From contig MU058844.1 in assembly GCA_013265495.1 (NCBI GenBank), positions 1,370,941 to 1,434,940 on the forward strand: 64,000 nucleotides of DNA, given 5' to 3'. The notes under the pieces are model-generated. The model was given only the letters and a program-made list of their open reading frames with translations, made no database searches and was not told the origin of the DNA. The position numbers were made by a program, and so were the translations under genes. Of the stretch, positions 36,136 through 50,200 are shown one piece after another (the first letter of the stretch is position 1; each line of letters begins with the position of its first letter). Source of the stretch: Vicugna vicugna (taxonomy: Eukaryota).

Positions 36136-39100
36136 AATCAATCTTTTGTCATGATTATAGAGGCTCAGCTAAAAGAAATATTTCTCAGATGACTTAGGTT
36201 CTGTAAACTATGTGAATGTCATTTGCACACCAGTCATGCTGAAAAACATTTGATAAGGAGTGAAGATCTATGTATGTATGTTTAGATGTCTTAAAATATC
36301 TAAAGTCAAAACATGGACACCTTCCCAAGCTAATCGCATGAAATGAGGATAAGAGACAAAGGTAACATCTACCAAAAAATGATGCCCAAAGGATTACATT
36401 TCATTGCTTCCCTGTTGAAGTGAAGATATAAATGTTCCATTCTGGCCCACCCTTGAAAAACAATTTTGCCCCATGGATTCCTTGTTCAATTAGAAAATCC
36501 TGGGGCAGGTGACCCCTAGTCCCAAAGAACAGGCTAATCACTGCAGAGACATTGGTTGCCTTTTGCCTTTCATCAGCTGCAAGATTTGCATAAAAATCAC
36601 TTAAACTGGAATTCAACAAAAGGTATGTTTATGAATTTTTATTCTGAAGTTGAAATACTGAGTTTTTTATTTTTAGACTTCTATGTCGGATAAATACTAA
36701 AGCCAAATGAAAATACTAAGTCCACTACCTCGTATGATAGAGCTTTTTGATAATTGATTGGATGTAGAAGAATAGCATACTTTTTTTAGTGGAAATTGAA
36801 AGTAGAAACTTTTTAATCTACACAAGTAAGTTAACATGTAGTGGCTTTTGGGGGGTATGGGGTATTCATGTAAACATGTTCATACTGGAAATACGCAATC
36901 TAGTTTACTTGAAATCAATTACTTGAAATGAGTAGTCCCGAATAAATTTGGGAATTTATTTTTCCCTGTAATGTGAAATTCTGACTTTGTAGACTACACA
37001 GCGATACACCGCTAACTGAGCAGGTATTTAGAATATAAAGGTTGTGAACTTTATTGGCAGGCCATCCTTGTAAGTTTGAATTGTAACAACAACATATGGA
37101 CTACCCTTGCCAATTATTAATGGTTTTACTTTTCTATCTGTCTTTGGAACCTCAGCCCCCCTCCAATTTTCAAACAAATTTATAGTAAAACAACTGGTAT
37201 TAATCGTTTTTACACAAGTCTCACCCCAGTACGGACTGCATTGACCATTTTCACCAACTGCGTTGCATCTGGTAACTCCTTTGAAGCTGCATAAAGCTTT
37301 GCACACTAGATCACTGGGACCTGAGGCAAAGGGAGGGCTTCCAGAGAGTTTAGGAATATTTATCTTAGTACCTTAAACTTTTTTTTTGTCATCCTTTTCT
37401 TGGAGAATCATTCTTGAAGATTCCAATGTTAAGTTTTTTGGTACTTTGAAGAAATTTGGTGAGAAGTGAATTTAATAAAAATACTTCTAGAATTCTGGTG
37501 ATGTCTCACATGTAAGGAGCTGTTAAGTTCCCCTTTCAAAGCCTTGCAAACATCCCTGAGACCTAAAATCCAGCTATTTCCTGTGACTTTAACCTTAACA
37601 TTCCCCAGACAATTGTCTTCAGTATAGTAGCTGTTTGATACATCTTTTCATTGCTTCTGGGGATGTTTTGCCAAGCTATTTTGATAAAAGCATTTGAGTG
37701 TCTGCTTTATACACATGCAGGTGTGTGCCAGGCCTGCACACATAGTCATTTGTTCCAGTTGTGTACATTTTTTTTTTAAATAGGGATGGAATTTAAAGGG
37801 CTTTCACACTGCCTGAGTTAAAAGATGGTTTCTTAGAAACCCTTTTAAGAAACAATGACTGCTTTCAATATCTTTAGTTGCCGCTGGCACCAGGGATTTG
37901 TAGTTACTGGCAATAAGTTTAGAAATACTACTTTCTGAGTTTTAACAGTTTAAACATTACTTCCTTTTTTTTTTTAAATATAAATACTAGCTTGCTCTAA
38001 TGCTGAATGAAGCAAGGCTTCAGGTGGATTGTATGACAAAGAGTTATCCTAGTGCAGATAGGATAAATGTGGCTGTTCGCCCTGCAATCTGGAGTGGGAA
38101 TCACATGTTCTTACCCTAAATTTGCAATATTTCTGTAATAATAGACTTGAAAGGCCACCAGAAAATTGCTTTCTGGTACTATTGCACAAATGATTTCCTT
38201 AAGTTACTAGAACTCAAATTGCAAGTCATTTTGTTTTGTATAGGTGTTACAGATAATAGAATTGGCCTTCAAGTTATAGGGAAGCAGTATTCCTGACTAT
38301 TCTAAGTGTCTAATGACTAAAGGTTTTCAGACTCCCTTTAATCTTAGAACAAACACATCTGCTATTTGATGTTTCCTCTGGTGATTTTTAACATTTCTGA
38401 TCCTCTCCTCTTTGCAGAAGAGAAATAAGATAACTGAAACAGTATTTTGTATATTGAAGTTTAAAGATACTTCCTCTCCCCTTTGCACTCTTATTTCAGA
38501 TGATGTGATAAGATGCTATTGATAAGCTATGTGGGGAGAATTTGTCCTTAGTTTTACATACACACAAGAGACTTCAAAAAGTATATTTGGATTGTCTGAA
38601 ATGATACATTTCTTGCTAATCTGAAGGTATATGGACTGCAAATAGTTCAGTCTTAACTCTCAGTCTCTGCAATCCAACTTCCATATATGGCTCCTGCCAA
38701 AATATAACAATTGTTTATTTTTTCTATTTGGAACATAACAGTATGAAAAAATATTTCCTATTTTGTACTGCTAACCAAACTGAGCTGCTTCATTGAATCC
38801 TTCAGTCATTTACATTCATACAGATGTGCCAGAGGAATTCATATGAATCATTTCTGGTTGTTTTTATAGATCCTTATATTTTCTTCTGAGAATAGCATAA
38901 AGTGAAGGAACATAGTTAATCAAGATGTTAAATTCTGTATTTTTAAGAAGTTCCAAACAAGTAAGCCTTAGCTTGTATTAATAATAAGGATTGACACTGT
39001 TGCTCAGCAGACAATTTGTGGAGTATATATAATTGATGGGGTTTTTTTAGCTGTCATTCTAACTTGTTTTACCAGTTTCTTTTGGTGGTGTTCAGTGTGT

Positions 39101-42100
39101 TAAACCGGAATAGAAAAATGGTAAGGCTTCCAGTCATAAGAATCTTAATTTTTTTTTTTTTGTAATGCTTTGTCATCTCTTAGTTGAGTTGTCTTACAAG
39201 GAATATTTTAGAGTTCAACTTCTGACTTTTATATGAGCCTTTTCATAATTTGTCATTTGAGTGTTGAAGATGCAGTGGTGTTTTGGGAATTCTGTATAAA
39301 GAGTGATAATACTGAGGGAAGAAGTAGTTGAATCTAGGGTTAGATGAAAAGAGAAAGGATGGGGAAAGGGAAAAGTGGGAAGCTTAGCTGAGATGGGGGA
39401 ATTTAAAGGTTTGATAGTAAAAATGCTGTGGTCATAGGTGTTTATCAAGAGAGGTTTGTGCAACCTGGTCTTTGGCAAAGAGTTTGGGAAATACTACTGT
39501 GGGGATTCTGTAATTCATGAATCTGGGACAAAGTCTGCATTCAGTTTGTTTGTGAACATGCAGATCAAAGAGGTAGTACGGTTTACGGCCCATACTAAGT
39601 GGAAACTGGGCTTGTGGGAGGAGTGGATGTGAGGCGTAAATAAAGCATACTCCTATAGGTGATTTTTAAAGAAATTCAAATACAGTGCTTAGTGCGTTTG
39701 TCTTGGTATTTTTTAAAGGGAAAAGATTTTTGAAGCTGTTTATTAGAAACCATTTGATGATTGTAGTCTCTTTCCTGGTACCTGTAAGTTGTGAAGGCCA
39801 TTTGTGACTGCATTCCTGATGATGGGAGGATAACTGAGTGTAGGCCAGACACCTAACATCACAATAGGGACCACAAGGCAGGAAAATTAAACTGCATTTC
39901 TGTATTTGGAGAATATTTCTTCAAACACTAATTATTTCAAACTGTACATTGATAAGATAACTTTTACCTATGAGTATACCTGATTTTAACAATTCTCTAG
40001 ATAGGTCATCTCTGAAGTTATATCATTCTTTTAAAATATTGTTGTGTGTGTGTTCATGTATGTATGCAAAGGCATGTGGTACATTTTATAAACAAATGCA
40101 TATATATTGGGGTATACTTAAAGTTTTATGAAGTGCATGATTAAAAATGTTAAGAGACTATTTCTTTAAATTATCTCTAAAGTAGATGACTTTTTCTCAA
40201 GAATCAGGTGTGATTATTATGTTCTTTAAGTGATGTCTTAAGAAGCTGTCGTAGCATTCCAGAGAGGGTTGTCTTGTCTAATTTTTGTTTATTTGCTTGA
40301 GTCCTTAATTATAAAATTAAGACATCTTTCACAGCCAACAGATAACCCAAAATAAGTGCTAATACCAATTCAAAGTTCATGTACTCTTATATATTAAATA
40401 TTGCTATGTATGAAATTACATTTTATGTTCTTAGAAATTTTCCTTTTAAATGTTAGACTCACTCTTGTAACATTTCATTTGTTTGCATAGTTATAAAAGA
40501 ACTGACTTAACATAGTTGTACATCAGTGATTAGATTAACTTTAGCATATGGTTTAACCAGAAGTCCCCTGTATCTTTTCCGTCTTGTTCTGAGCAATCCC
40601 TAGATTTTTAGGAAGGAAAGATTACTAACCAATTGGACTTTACTTGAGAAGATTCTGTATATGGTCATAAGCTTAAAATGATGGTATTTGGCAATTGCAC
40701 TGTAAGAAGGATTGAATGCATTTTTCAGTTTTGATTTATGACAATTTTTTCCCCTCAAGTCAATAGATTAAATGAAATTGTATTTCCTAGAAATTGCACT
40801 TGTGAGCCCTCAAGTTACCAATGCATATTCTTATTTGACCGCCTAACAACTTGAGTGAGGTTGGCAGGTAGGTGGGTCAGTATTTTTTAATCTTTGTTTT
40901 ATGGGTAGAAAAGTGAGGTTTAGAGAGGTTAATCTGCACCAAAGCTAAACAGCTAGTAAATAGTTAATTCGTAAGTTTGAACTCAGATCTTTCTGACCCA
41001 AGAATCCAACCTGTTAACTATTGGTCTATTGTGTATGACTGATTTACCTCACGTTGGAACATGTATATTGTAACTTCTCATTGCTAGTTGGCCATCTTTG
41101 GTCATTTTCAGCCTTGAAATCCTTTTAGTCTTTATGCCTAGGAAGCATAGAATGATCTTAAAGACTAGACTTTCTTTAGGAGGCAGCTGGGAGTTAGTAT
41201 AAAGAATACTAGTCTTGGACAGAAGAATGAGTTGGAATCCAAGCCTGTATCAGCTCCCAGCTTGTAACTTTGGACAAGTTGTTTAACCTCTCTGAGCCCA
41301 TTCGCTTCATATGTAAAACTGGTGATAAAAACAAGTCTCTTGTCAAGATTAAACATAGGAAAACACCTAGCAGTGAATGGTGATTCTTGGAAGTTGGATG
41401 GATACTCTGTATCATGGAAGCAAATGAAATACAGCAGATGATGATTTTCTTGGTTTCTTGAAAATTTGATGATATCACTGATTTTGTTTGGAGTTTCTTG
41501 CAAGTATGCTTTAGCCAATCACTGCAAGAAAGGTATTTGTGTTTTTGAAATAATAGAGGAAGAAAAATGAACTGTTCTCCTCTCCACTCCCTTTAAGGGT
41601 GAGAATACAGATAACCCAGGCCATGCATATTTATTTTACTTAACACTGTGGTTTTCAAAGCTGTATTCTCCTTAAAGGAGGAAAAAAGAGGGGGTGGAGA
41701 GAATTCTTCAGATCTTTTGTCTATATTGAGGACACCTTTAAGTTGAGAGAAGGAGTGACATTACCAAATGTGTAGAGCAAGGCAGCCCCATACAATGCAC
41801 ATTTGCAACCATTATCTTGTTTAATCCTCACAACTCTTTGCTATATAAAGTAAGCTGACTTTTCCCGAGGTTTGTAGGCCTTCAAGCCATTTGTATTTGG
41901 CCGTGTTTTTGCAAGAGAATTTCAAACACAGATTTTCAAACAGAACTCTGGTTCTCAATCTCTTCTTAATCTAGAGTGGCGTGAATACTTCCTTTATTGC
42001 AGAATAAAGCAACTTTTTTTTATAAATTGTCAGTTAGAATTTGAGTTTCTTATGATGTAACCTGGTGTAACATTTGCTTGAATCACTAATAACGTAGCTG

Positions 42101-42667
42101 ATTTCTTTTAGTCATAAATGAATCAGCGACTGTAGGTTCTTTTTGGTTTAAACTCAGGTCCCTTTTTCTATGTGAAGATGTCTTCATTGAATAGCTTGCT
42201 GCTAGGTTGTATAACATTGCATACTTCGATGAAGTAGGTACGCAGCCTGGAGAGCTTCTTGCTGGTTTATTTTGCAAAACTATAGGAGACAAAAGTCCTC
42301 AAGAGACTTCATGGGCAAAATTCCTTTAACCGTTTCAGGTCTTGCATCTTAAAGCCTCTGTGTGGTTCAGGCCCTGCTTGGAGTTGTATGTAGCTTTATA
42401 AATTAGTCAATGTGTTCCTGTAAGTTAAAATTGTGATGTAAGAATAAGAGTTTGGAACTAATTAAACAAACCAAGGTTTGAGTGGCCAGTGTTGTCAGAA
42501 CAATTATTCCTTGAGACAGTAGTTATGATTATAGAGTTAGAGATGGAAATTAGATAGTAGCTCTTTGTAAATTCCCAGATTCTTGCATTTTCCTCATTAT
42601 CCCATCCTTTTAAGACTCCTGATATCCTTTCTGGTGGTTAAAATATGATCAGTGTTTTGTCCTGTGT

Positions 42668-43085
42668 CTGATACATTTATTGAGCAAATACTTAATGAGT
42701 CCCTCTATGTGCCGAGTACTGTGCTAGGCACTGAGGATGTAAAAATGGTCACTGTCTCTGCCCTCCAGGGGTTTAGAGCCTAGTGGCAGAGAAAGAGTTA
42801 CCAAACAAATGTGAAAATTGGACCTAAGATGTACTAAGGAAAGGAAAATGATTGAGTGGTGTCCTGAGAGATGGGACCACTGTAGAAAGGCTTCCCAGAG
42901 AAAGGGATACTTGAGCTGAGATCTTAAGGATGGGTAGGGCTTTAAGTGCGGAAGGCAGGGAAGAGTGTGCACAGACCTGGCTGGAGAGCATGCTGTGAAT
43001 AGGAAGGACTGAAGGAAGACCGGTGTGTCTGGAGTGGAGAGGAATTAAGGAAGTGGGCCAAATCATGGGTTTTCTAGGTCCAGTG
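42668..43085 (-). mobile_element. L2 3' fragment
   Basis: CATTTATTGAGC...CTATGTGCC...TGTGCTAGGCACTGAGGAT...GGCTTCCCAGAG...TTGAGCTGAGATCTTAAGGATG. Confidence 0.75.
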
Positions 43086-43543
43086 ACCATGTAATTTGAT
43101 CGATAAGTATATCAACCAGACTGTGACTCTTGAGAGTCAAACAGGGTGCTGTTAACCATTAAACCCAGACTATCAGCAGCAGCCAGAACATACAGTCACC
43201 TCACTTTTATAGGCCATGTTGAGACTATCATCTCTTTGAATAAGGGCTGGGCAACCAGCAGTGCGTCTTCTTCCTAGTGAACAGGTCAAGGAGTTAGAAT
43301 AGCCTATCCAGTCCAAAAGGAGCCAAATAGAACTCAGTGCTTTTCAAAACAGCTGAGTTATAATTTGTTTTTGAACAGCTGTAGATGACTGTCATATTTT
43401 ACAGGGTTAGCATGGAAGGTTGGGTTTTAGGGTGAACTACTGGGTTAGATGTACTTCCATGGCATATGAAACAGCACATTTCAAACATATCTTGAGTATT
43501 TTTCATGTTTTTTTTGTTACAGCACTTGTCATTTTGAAATTTT

Positions 43544-43600
43544 TTTTTACATTTTTTATTGATTCATAATCATTTTGCAGTGTTTTGTCAAATTCCAGTG
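43544..43600 (-). mobile_element. ~60-bp L1 3'-end insertion
   Basis: Reverse complement CACTGGAATTTGACAAAACACTGCAAAATGATTATGAATCAATAAAAAATGTAAAAAAAA matches the 3' ends of the L1s at about 4125-4170 and 61757-61810. Flanked by TTGAAATTTT repeats. Confidence 0.75.
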
Positions 43601-45569
43601 TTCTTGAAATTTTTTTTTAATGGAATTTTTCTTTTTTTTAAGTTTCATTCTGGGTTTACATTTTGAGTGTAAGTACCTCCTGGGCATAACTTTCAAGGTG
43701 TGAGCCACTTAGATTTTTTCTTCAAATTGATGTAAAAATGTCACACGGTTAAATATATAGAGTTCAATGAATTTTACACACCCATGTAGTCCACACTCTG
43801 ATCAAGAGATAGGACATTTCTGCTAGCCCAGAAAACGCCCTTTTGAGGCACTTAAAATTTGAGAAATATAGTTGTGGAGCCAGGCCTCAAATTAGAAATG
43901 AGTTGTTTTCTCTCTCCTTTTATAACTTTGTTTTTGCTTCCTAAACATGCGGTAACGATTACTTTAAACATGAAGCAAATTGTCACCAGAAAAAATCGTT
44001 GCCTTTCAACTAGTTATGATTTAGTGGTTACTAATACAGTGCATCCCTGTGCAATTTGCTATGGCTTTTTAGCCTTTGAAAGTGAGTAGTAAAATTTGAG
44101 TCATGTCCCTATCATTGACTCACAAACTTACTAAGGATTGCCTGGTGTTTATTATTAGGCTGTAACTTTAGAATCTTGAGCAACTGAGAAAGATTGTGGT
44201 AATGCCAAATTTACATAAACCTCCACCCCTTTATTTTAGCCTGATCATGTCAGTCTCTAGTAGACTTTGCAGATAAGGAGAGGAAACAAGTGTTACACCT
44301 GTATATATAACTGAGTCCTAGCCTTGAGTGCTTGCTTCCATCTCAAAATTCTCAACTCCAGTTGCCAAAGAGCAGTTGGAATATTGACCTAAGTTACAGC
44401 ACAATTAGTTGTGAAATTGATTGAACTCAGAGCTCTGTGTCACTGACTTTAAAGATTCTTGAATGAAGAGATTGGAAGACTTGTCCTAAAGAGACTGTTA
44501 ATGAGTTTGGGATCTACTGAGGGACAGGGAAAGGGGATGATTCATCAGTGATGAAAAAGGGCTTTACTCCTTTTTTTTTTTTTTTTCCCTGTAGATCTAC
44601 TGTTATGATTTAGAACCTGATCTGGAACCAGATCTTTAATTAACTTTTTTTTCCTGAGAAGGACAACTTGTTCCTCTTAGCAAAACCTCTGCTGCCAAAG
44701 CAATGGTGGCTTGTGATGGTGGTGAGTGGCTTAGACATTTCTTTCTCAGGGCAATGCTACCTAATATTTCAGTACTAGGTGGACCTTTTTTTCCCCAGCA
44801 CTACATCCCATTTTAGAAAGAACGGCTACTCAGTGAAAATGTATGGATGGTTAAAGCCAGATTTGGTTAGTGGAGAGGCTTGTCAGTAACCCATTTCCAG
44901 TGAGAGAAGCCCCTGCTCTGATTACATATTTGTATTACTAGCAGATTCATTCCTCATTTTAAAAGAAGTTTCGTGCATTAAGTACAGGACAAATCAATAT
45001 GGCATTTCATTGTTTTCATGTTGGGGACGATTCTTCCTTCATTCCTGCCTCAGTCCTCTTACTGGCAAGCCTTCTAGTAGCACCAGACAGCTTTAGACTC
45101 CCTGTTCTGCTTCTCTAAAAATCAGACCTGATGCTGCAAGCACTTCCTGTAGACATCCTGAGGGCCAGGACTATGCAAAGCACCTGTGTGCATCCCTTCA
45201 CTGACCTTTCATCACTTTACATCGACTGTAGGAGTAGACAAATTGTTACTATGGTCATCTCTGCACATTGGAAGAGATCATGATACAGCGATATTATAAA
45301 ACTTGCCCAAAGTCAGAGCTATGGGACAATTTAAGGCTGAAATTCAGACTTGTCTGAGGTCAAGCACCAGCTCCTAACCAATATCACATCCCTGCGCTCT
45401 GCTCTCTGATCCTATTGGACTGTAATGGTTTGTATTTATGTCTGGTTTTCCCATTAGACAGGAGTCCCATTGGACTGTAATGGTTTGTATTTATATCTGG
45501 TTTTCATCTCAGAGTTGGGAACTCTTGGACTAGAGCTTTGGAAGATGCTACAGTTGGTTATTGTGCTTA

Positions 45570-45950
45570 TCATAAATATTTACTGAGTACCTGCTATGTG
45601 CCCAGCATTGTTTAGGCACTTGGAGGTACAGCAGTGAACCGAACAAAAATCCATAGCCTTAGAGTGGGAGGTAAACGGGCCGGTAAAATATATAATATGT
45701 CAGATGGTGTTCGTGCTAAGGAGCAGGGCTGCTGTGTTGGTGCCGTGACTATTGCTCCAGTTGTGAAACATTGCGGGGGCCCAGCAGAGCAGGTGTGATG
45801 TAGGGAAGGGAGTGCTGGGGGGAGGGGCAGGTTGCTATTTTAAGTAGAATAGTCAGGGAAGGCCTCACTGATAAGGTGAAATTTGAGCAGAAACTTGAAG
45901 GAGACCAGAGAAACAGCCTAAGAGCTATCTGGGAAAAGAACATTCCATTC
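45570..45950 (-). mobile_element. L2 fragment
   Basis: AAATATTTACTGAGTACCTGCTATGTGCCCAGCATTGTTTAGGCAC...GTCAGGGAAGGCCTCACTGATAAGGTGAAATTTGAGCAGA. Confidence 0.75.
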
Positions 45951-47189
45951 AAATAATTGAGTGAATTCCAAAATCCTTCTAGGCTCATTTGTCCTTAAAT
46001 ACATAATTGTAACTTGGCATTCTTGGACACTGTTATAAACCTGGTCTATGGCAGTTTTTTCCTGACCACTTTTTACTTGATTTTCTGGTGGTGCATACCA
46101 CAGAAATCAGCACAACTTTTATTACTGGAAAATCTAGATGGATTTTATTTATTTGTTTTCTCCTCTCCATTTTAGAGAGAATTGCAAATCGTAATAAACA
46201 GGCTGATAAGAAGACCTGAATTTTCGACCGAAAAAAAAATCTGATATCTTCAAACTGTCTATAATAAATATGAAATAAGAACTGATGTTCAGTTTGATAC
46301 AGCAAGGTGCTCAATATTTTGTTAGGATGTTTAGCAAGGCAAGCTAACAGACAAGCACTGAAAACAGAAAGGGTTTTCTTGCTGACAGATAACTGGAAAA
46401 TTCAGTTACCCAAAGTGCCTATTTCTTACAGAATCTGAGATTATAGTACAGAGTTGTTACCATTTAGAGCCCCTACCTTCCATATATGAGACAAGACAAA
46501 TGCAAGGGTAACAGTACCTTCATCATACAGTCACTCCAAAATCATGAACTGCTTACTCTTTAAGGTGCTGGCAGGTATCTGGCCTGTTCTTGAGTCACAG
46601 AAAGTTCCTGGGGTTAGGATATAAGAATGGATATTTGCCTTGTCAAAGATGAATGAAACATACTTTCTCAAACATGTTTCACCATGAATTCTACCCTATC
46701 CATGCTCCCAGCCCAAGAAGTAAGAATATCTGCTTTCAAACAGTTTAAAACTTGCTGTATTCCTCCAGTCTAGGTGGTCTTCCTTTTGCTGCATAAAAAT
46801 TGGAGAAGTACTTTAGGCATTTTAAGGTTGAGTCCAGATCACTCAGATATGATTCTCTCTCATCTGAGAGTCCAAGCAAAGCTAAAAAGCAGAAATCACA
46901 GTTTCTGGGTTTAAGAAAGGATCCCTTTGAAAGCTCCCATTTATTAACCAGGTAACTGTGGCCATTTGACTAAAGATAGTGGGATGAGATTGTGGAGAAA
47001 GGTGAAGAAAATGAATTTGAAAAGGAAAATATACTTTGGAAAGCAATGGTGATATTATATAGAATTTCATGCAGAACTAGATATTTTATCCAAAACAAAT
47101 GTTTACCAAAGATGCCATGGGTCAAGTAAGTGGACTCCTAAACCTCAGACCTGTTCTTGTATGATGTTGACCAATCCTACACTGTCTTA

Positions 47190-47197
47190 ATTATATA

Positions 47198-47243
<46 letters not shown>

Positions 47244-47282
47244 TGTATTATATATATGTATATATAATATATGTATATATAC
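47190..47282. repeat. (TA)n/(CA)n compound microsatellite
   Basis: Direct reading. Confidence 0.85.
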
Positions 47283-50200
47283 ATTTGCTTACTAATGATA
47301 GGTCCACAACCAAAATTCCCTGATGTTAAATTTGGGAACAGAAGTAAAATAACCATGGTAATTTGAAACTTGGTGTAGATACAGATAATGATTATGGCCT
47401 TGAATCTGCTAATAATATTTATTGCAGTAATCTATGGCATCTCTCCTGAAAGATTTCTCAACTTCATCCGTGTGGATTAAAATTCTTTTTTTATCAAGAT
47501 GCTGGCTGTGATTCTCTGGCTGTGAAAGGTGTGTTTTTGCCCTTCTGTTTCCATGAGAAAAGTCCTGCCTTCATTTCTTAATGTGTCCCCTTTGTTTTTC
47601 TTCCTTCACACTGAACCTGTCAACTTCGACAGGAAAACACTCTACTGCATAGAATAAAATAAAAACATCTAAATGTGTGGTTGGACAAACTTATTTTTAA
47701 ACTTATTCTTTTGGTATAACACTTCATGCTTAGGCATGAATTAAAGTTCTGATAAAGCTAATTGAAATTGAGTTATTTAGCTGACTATTTCATAGTTAAA
47801 AGGTTTTTTAGTTTAAAAGCTAAAAGGGTGTTACTAGAGAAAAAATATATTTCAGTATCTTTAGTACAACTCTCTGGCCTAATATATTTTTTTTTCTGTG
47901 AAAACTTTCATTTCATTAGAAATTTATTTCAGGGGAATAAAACCTGACGAGTGTGTGTGTTAACATGTTTGCTAGAGGACTAGGTTAGGTAGGGGCTTAT
48001 TAGCACTGGAAAGAGAAGAGGGTAAAATTCAAGGAACAGTGCAAAAGGAAAATTTCTGCGTATATTTGTGTGTCACGTGTATGTCTGTGTGTGCTCTACT
48101 TAAATCAGTACAGGGGAAGAAATGTGCTGATAAGCTTTATTTATTTATTTCTTTTAAATCGAGTTTATTCTGATGCCTGGCCACTGATTTTGATAAAAGA
48201 AAGTTACAGAGAAAGAGAAGTATTTCTTTTACCACAGTCTGTCGTCACACAGAAAAGTATGCCCCTGGGTACATAACATTTAAAACCTTATCTTTTTTGA
48301 TTGAGACTAAAGCATCTGACAAGGAAAATATATGAACCAGGAGGGTATAATTTTCATAAGCTTTTCAAATCACCAACATTGAGGGAATGCCTCCTGTGTG
48401 CAGGGACTGTCTTCATTAGAAAGGAGTTCTCTGTGTTGGAAACAGCACTATACAACTTGGCAAATTGGCAAGGTCCTAGCCACGCATTGGTGGTGAAGTT
48501 CCCAAACTGCAGCATTAAAAAAGGACGAAGTACTAAATAGAGCCTCCCATTACGGGAAGAAGGGGTGATGGTAGAATTCCCCCTTTATACTTAGACAGGG
48601 ATTAAATGCATCGAGCTGTTAGGATTTCGTATTAAAAATGCCAGCAGTTGGTCTCAACCCTTTGCCTGCTTTGATAGGCCTGACAAAAACAGTCACAGAC
48701 TACACACTCCCCTGGTCATTTCAGGATCTTGTGGAATTTCGGGTACACTCCTTTCTCTCCTGGGAGAAGGCATATTAGATCACAGGAGGTAAGAGTAACA
48801 GTGCTGAAGATGTTGTATCTCTGTCTGTAAAAAGTTAACCCTCCACACACCATGATGGTAGGACCTACTGTAACCCTGATGGCAGTCAGGGTCACCCAAT
48901 ACCAATGAGAGCTGGATTGATCAGACCCCCATTCTTCTGGCCTGATGAAGTCCAGTGTCATTCTCAAGTTTTCACACATCCCTAGGGAGCACCCCGTCTC
49001 CTCTGAACGCTGCTCTTGAACCTCTGCCTCTGCTGAATGAGGTCAGTTTGGTGGGCATTTTACCATCCTGTGTGGGCTGTGCTACCCAGATGGGATGCTC
49101 AGTCTCCTCTTCATTCCGGCAAACATTCACTCCTAGAAGGTATCTCTGTGCAGCCAGCTTCAGCAAAGGAGTGAGAAGACGGAGGAGCCTGACACTGTAG
49201 CCACGTAGACATCTTGAATTACTAGGATTTTTTTTTTTAATGCTTTAGTCACTTCTGGATCCCAGGCTCCAGGTCCTTTCTTTCTTCTTTCTCCTCCCTA
49301 CCCCATCATCCCCTCTCTTTTCCTCCTCTTGTCTTCCCTTCCTCCTCTGTCTTCTTCCCGCCTTCTTCTCCTCCCCACTTTCCCTTCCTTTTCTTCATCT
49401 CAGCTTTGTCTCTCAGGAGCAAACCTCAAATTCCTAAGGGAATAAAGAGATCAAGGCTGATGCTGCCTCTTTCTGCTATCACTGAAGGAGAAACAATGTT
49501 TTCCCTTTTTTCTTTCCACAGCCCTTTTTGGGTGAGGTTGCAGAAAAAGACAAGGAATACAGAGCAGGGAGGACAGGTAAAGTCTTGAGACTGACAGAAA
49601 GACTTCAGAGACCTCTGTGTCTACTTGGACACCTCACAAGAGCCTGAGGGCCGGGGGTTGGCTGGGGTAGGGGGGATCATCACAGGCTCTGGAATCTGAG
49701 ATTTCCTGGTTGAATCCGACCCAAGCACTGCTGCCTGTGCCAAGAGACAAGGCACTTGATCCTCTCCGAGCCCCAGCTTCTTGGCCTGTAAAAGGGAGTT
49801 GATAATACATCCAACCTTCTGAAATTCAACCTCTGGAAACAAGTTTTGGGTTTTTTTAAATCTAGGTTTGGCAGAGCCACTTTTGGCAGTAAAACCTGGC
49901 CTGACCTGACGAAATAATCTTCCTTCTGTATCTGTCTGCCCATTGTGCTACAGGAACCTTCACGTGGTTGAGTTCCAGCCCCCGAGGAGGGGGTTCATAC
50001 TATTTGGTACCTGCTCCATGTTGACTCTAAAATCTGAAAAAAAACAAGTGGCCGTTAGGTTTGGGATAATGTTATCCGCTTCGGAGGGTAGTAGGGCTCC
50101 TAAATGGGATAGCTTATAGCTGTGAGGTGTTATTAGGAGCTGACACAGGGGTAGTCACTCAGGAAGTGGTGGCTGTTTTTACCGTCACACGGTGCTCTTG

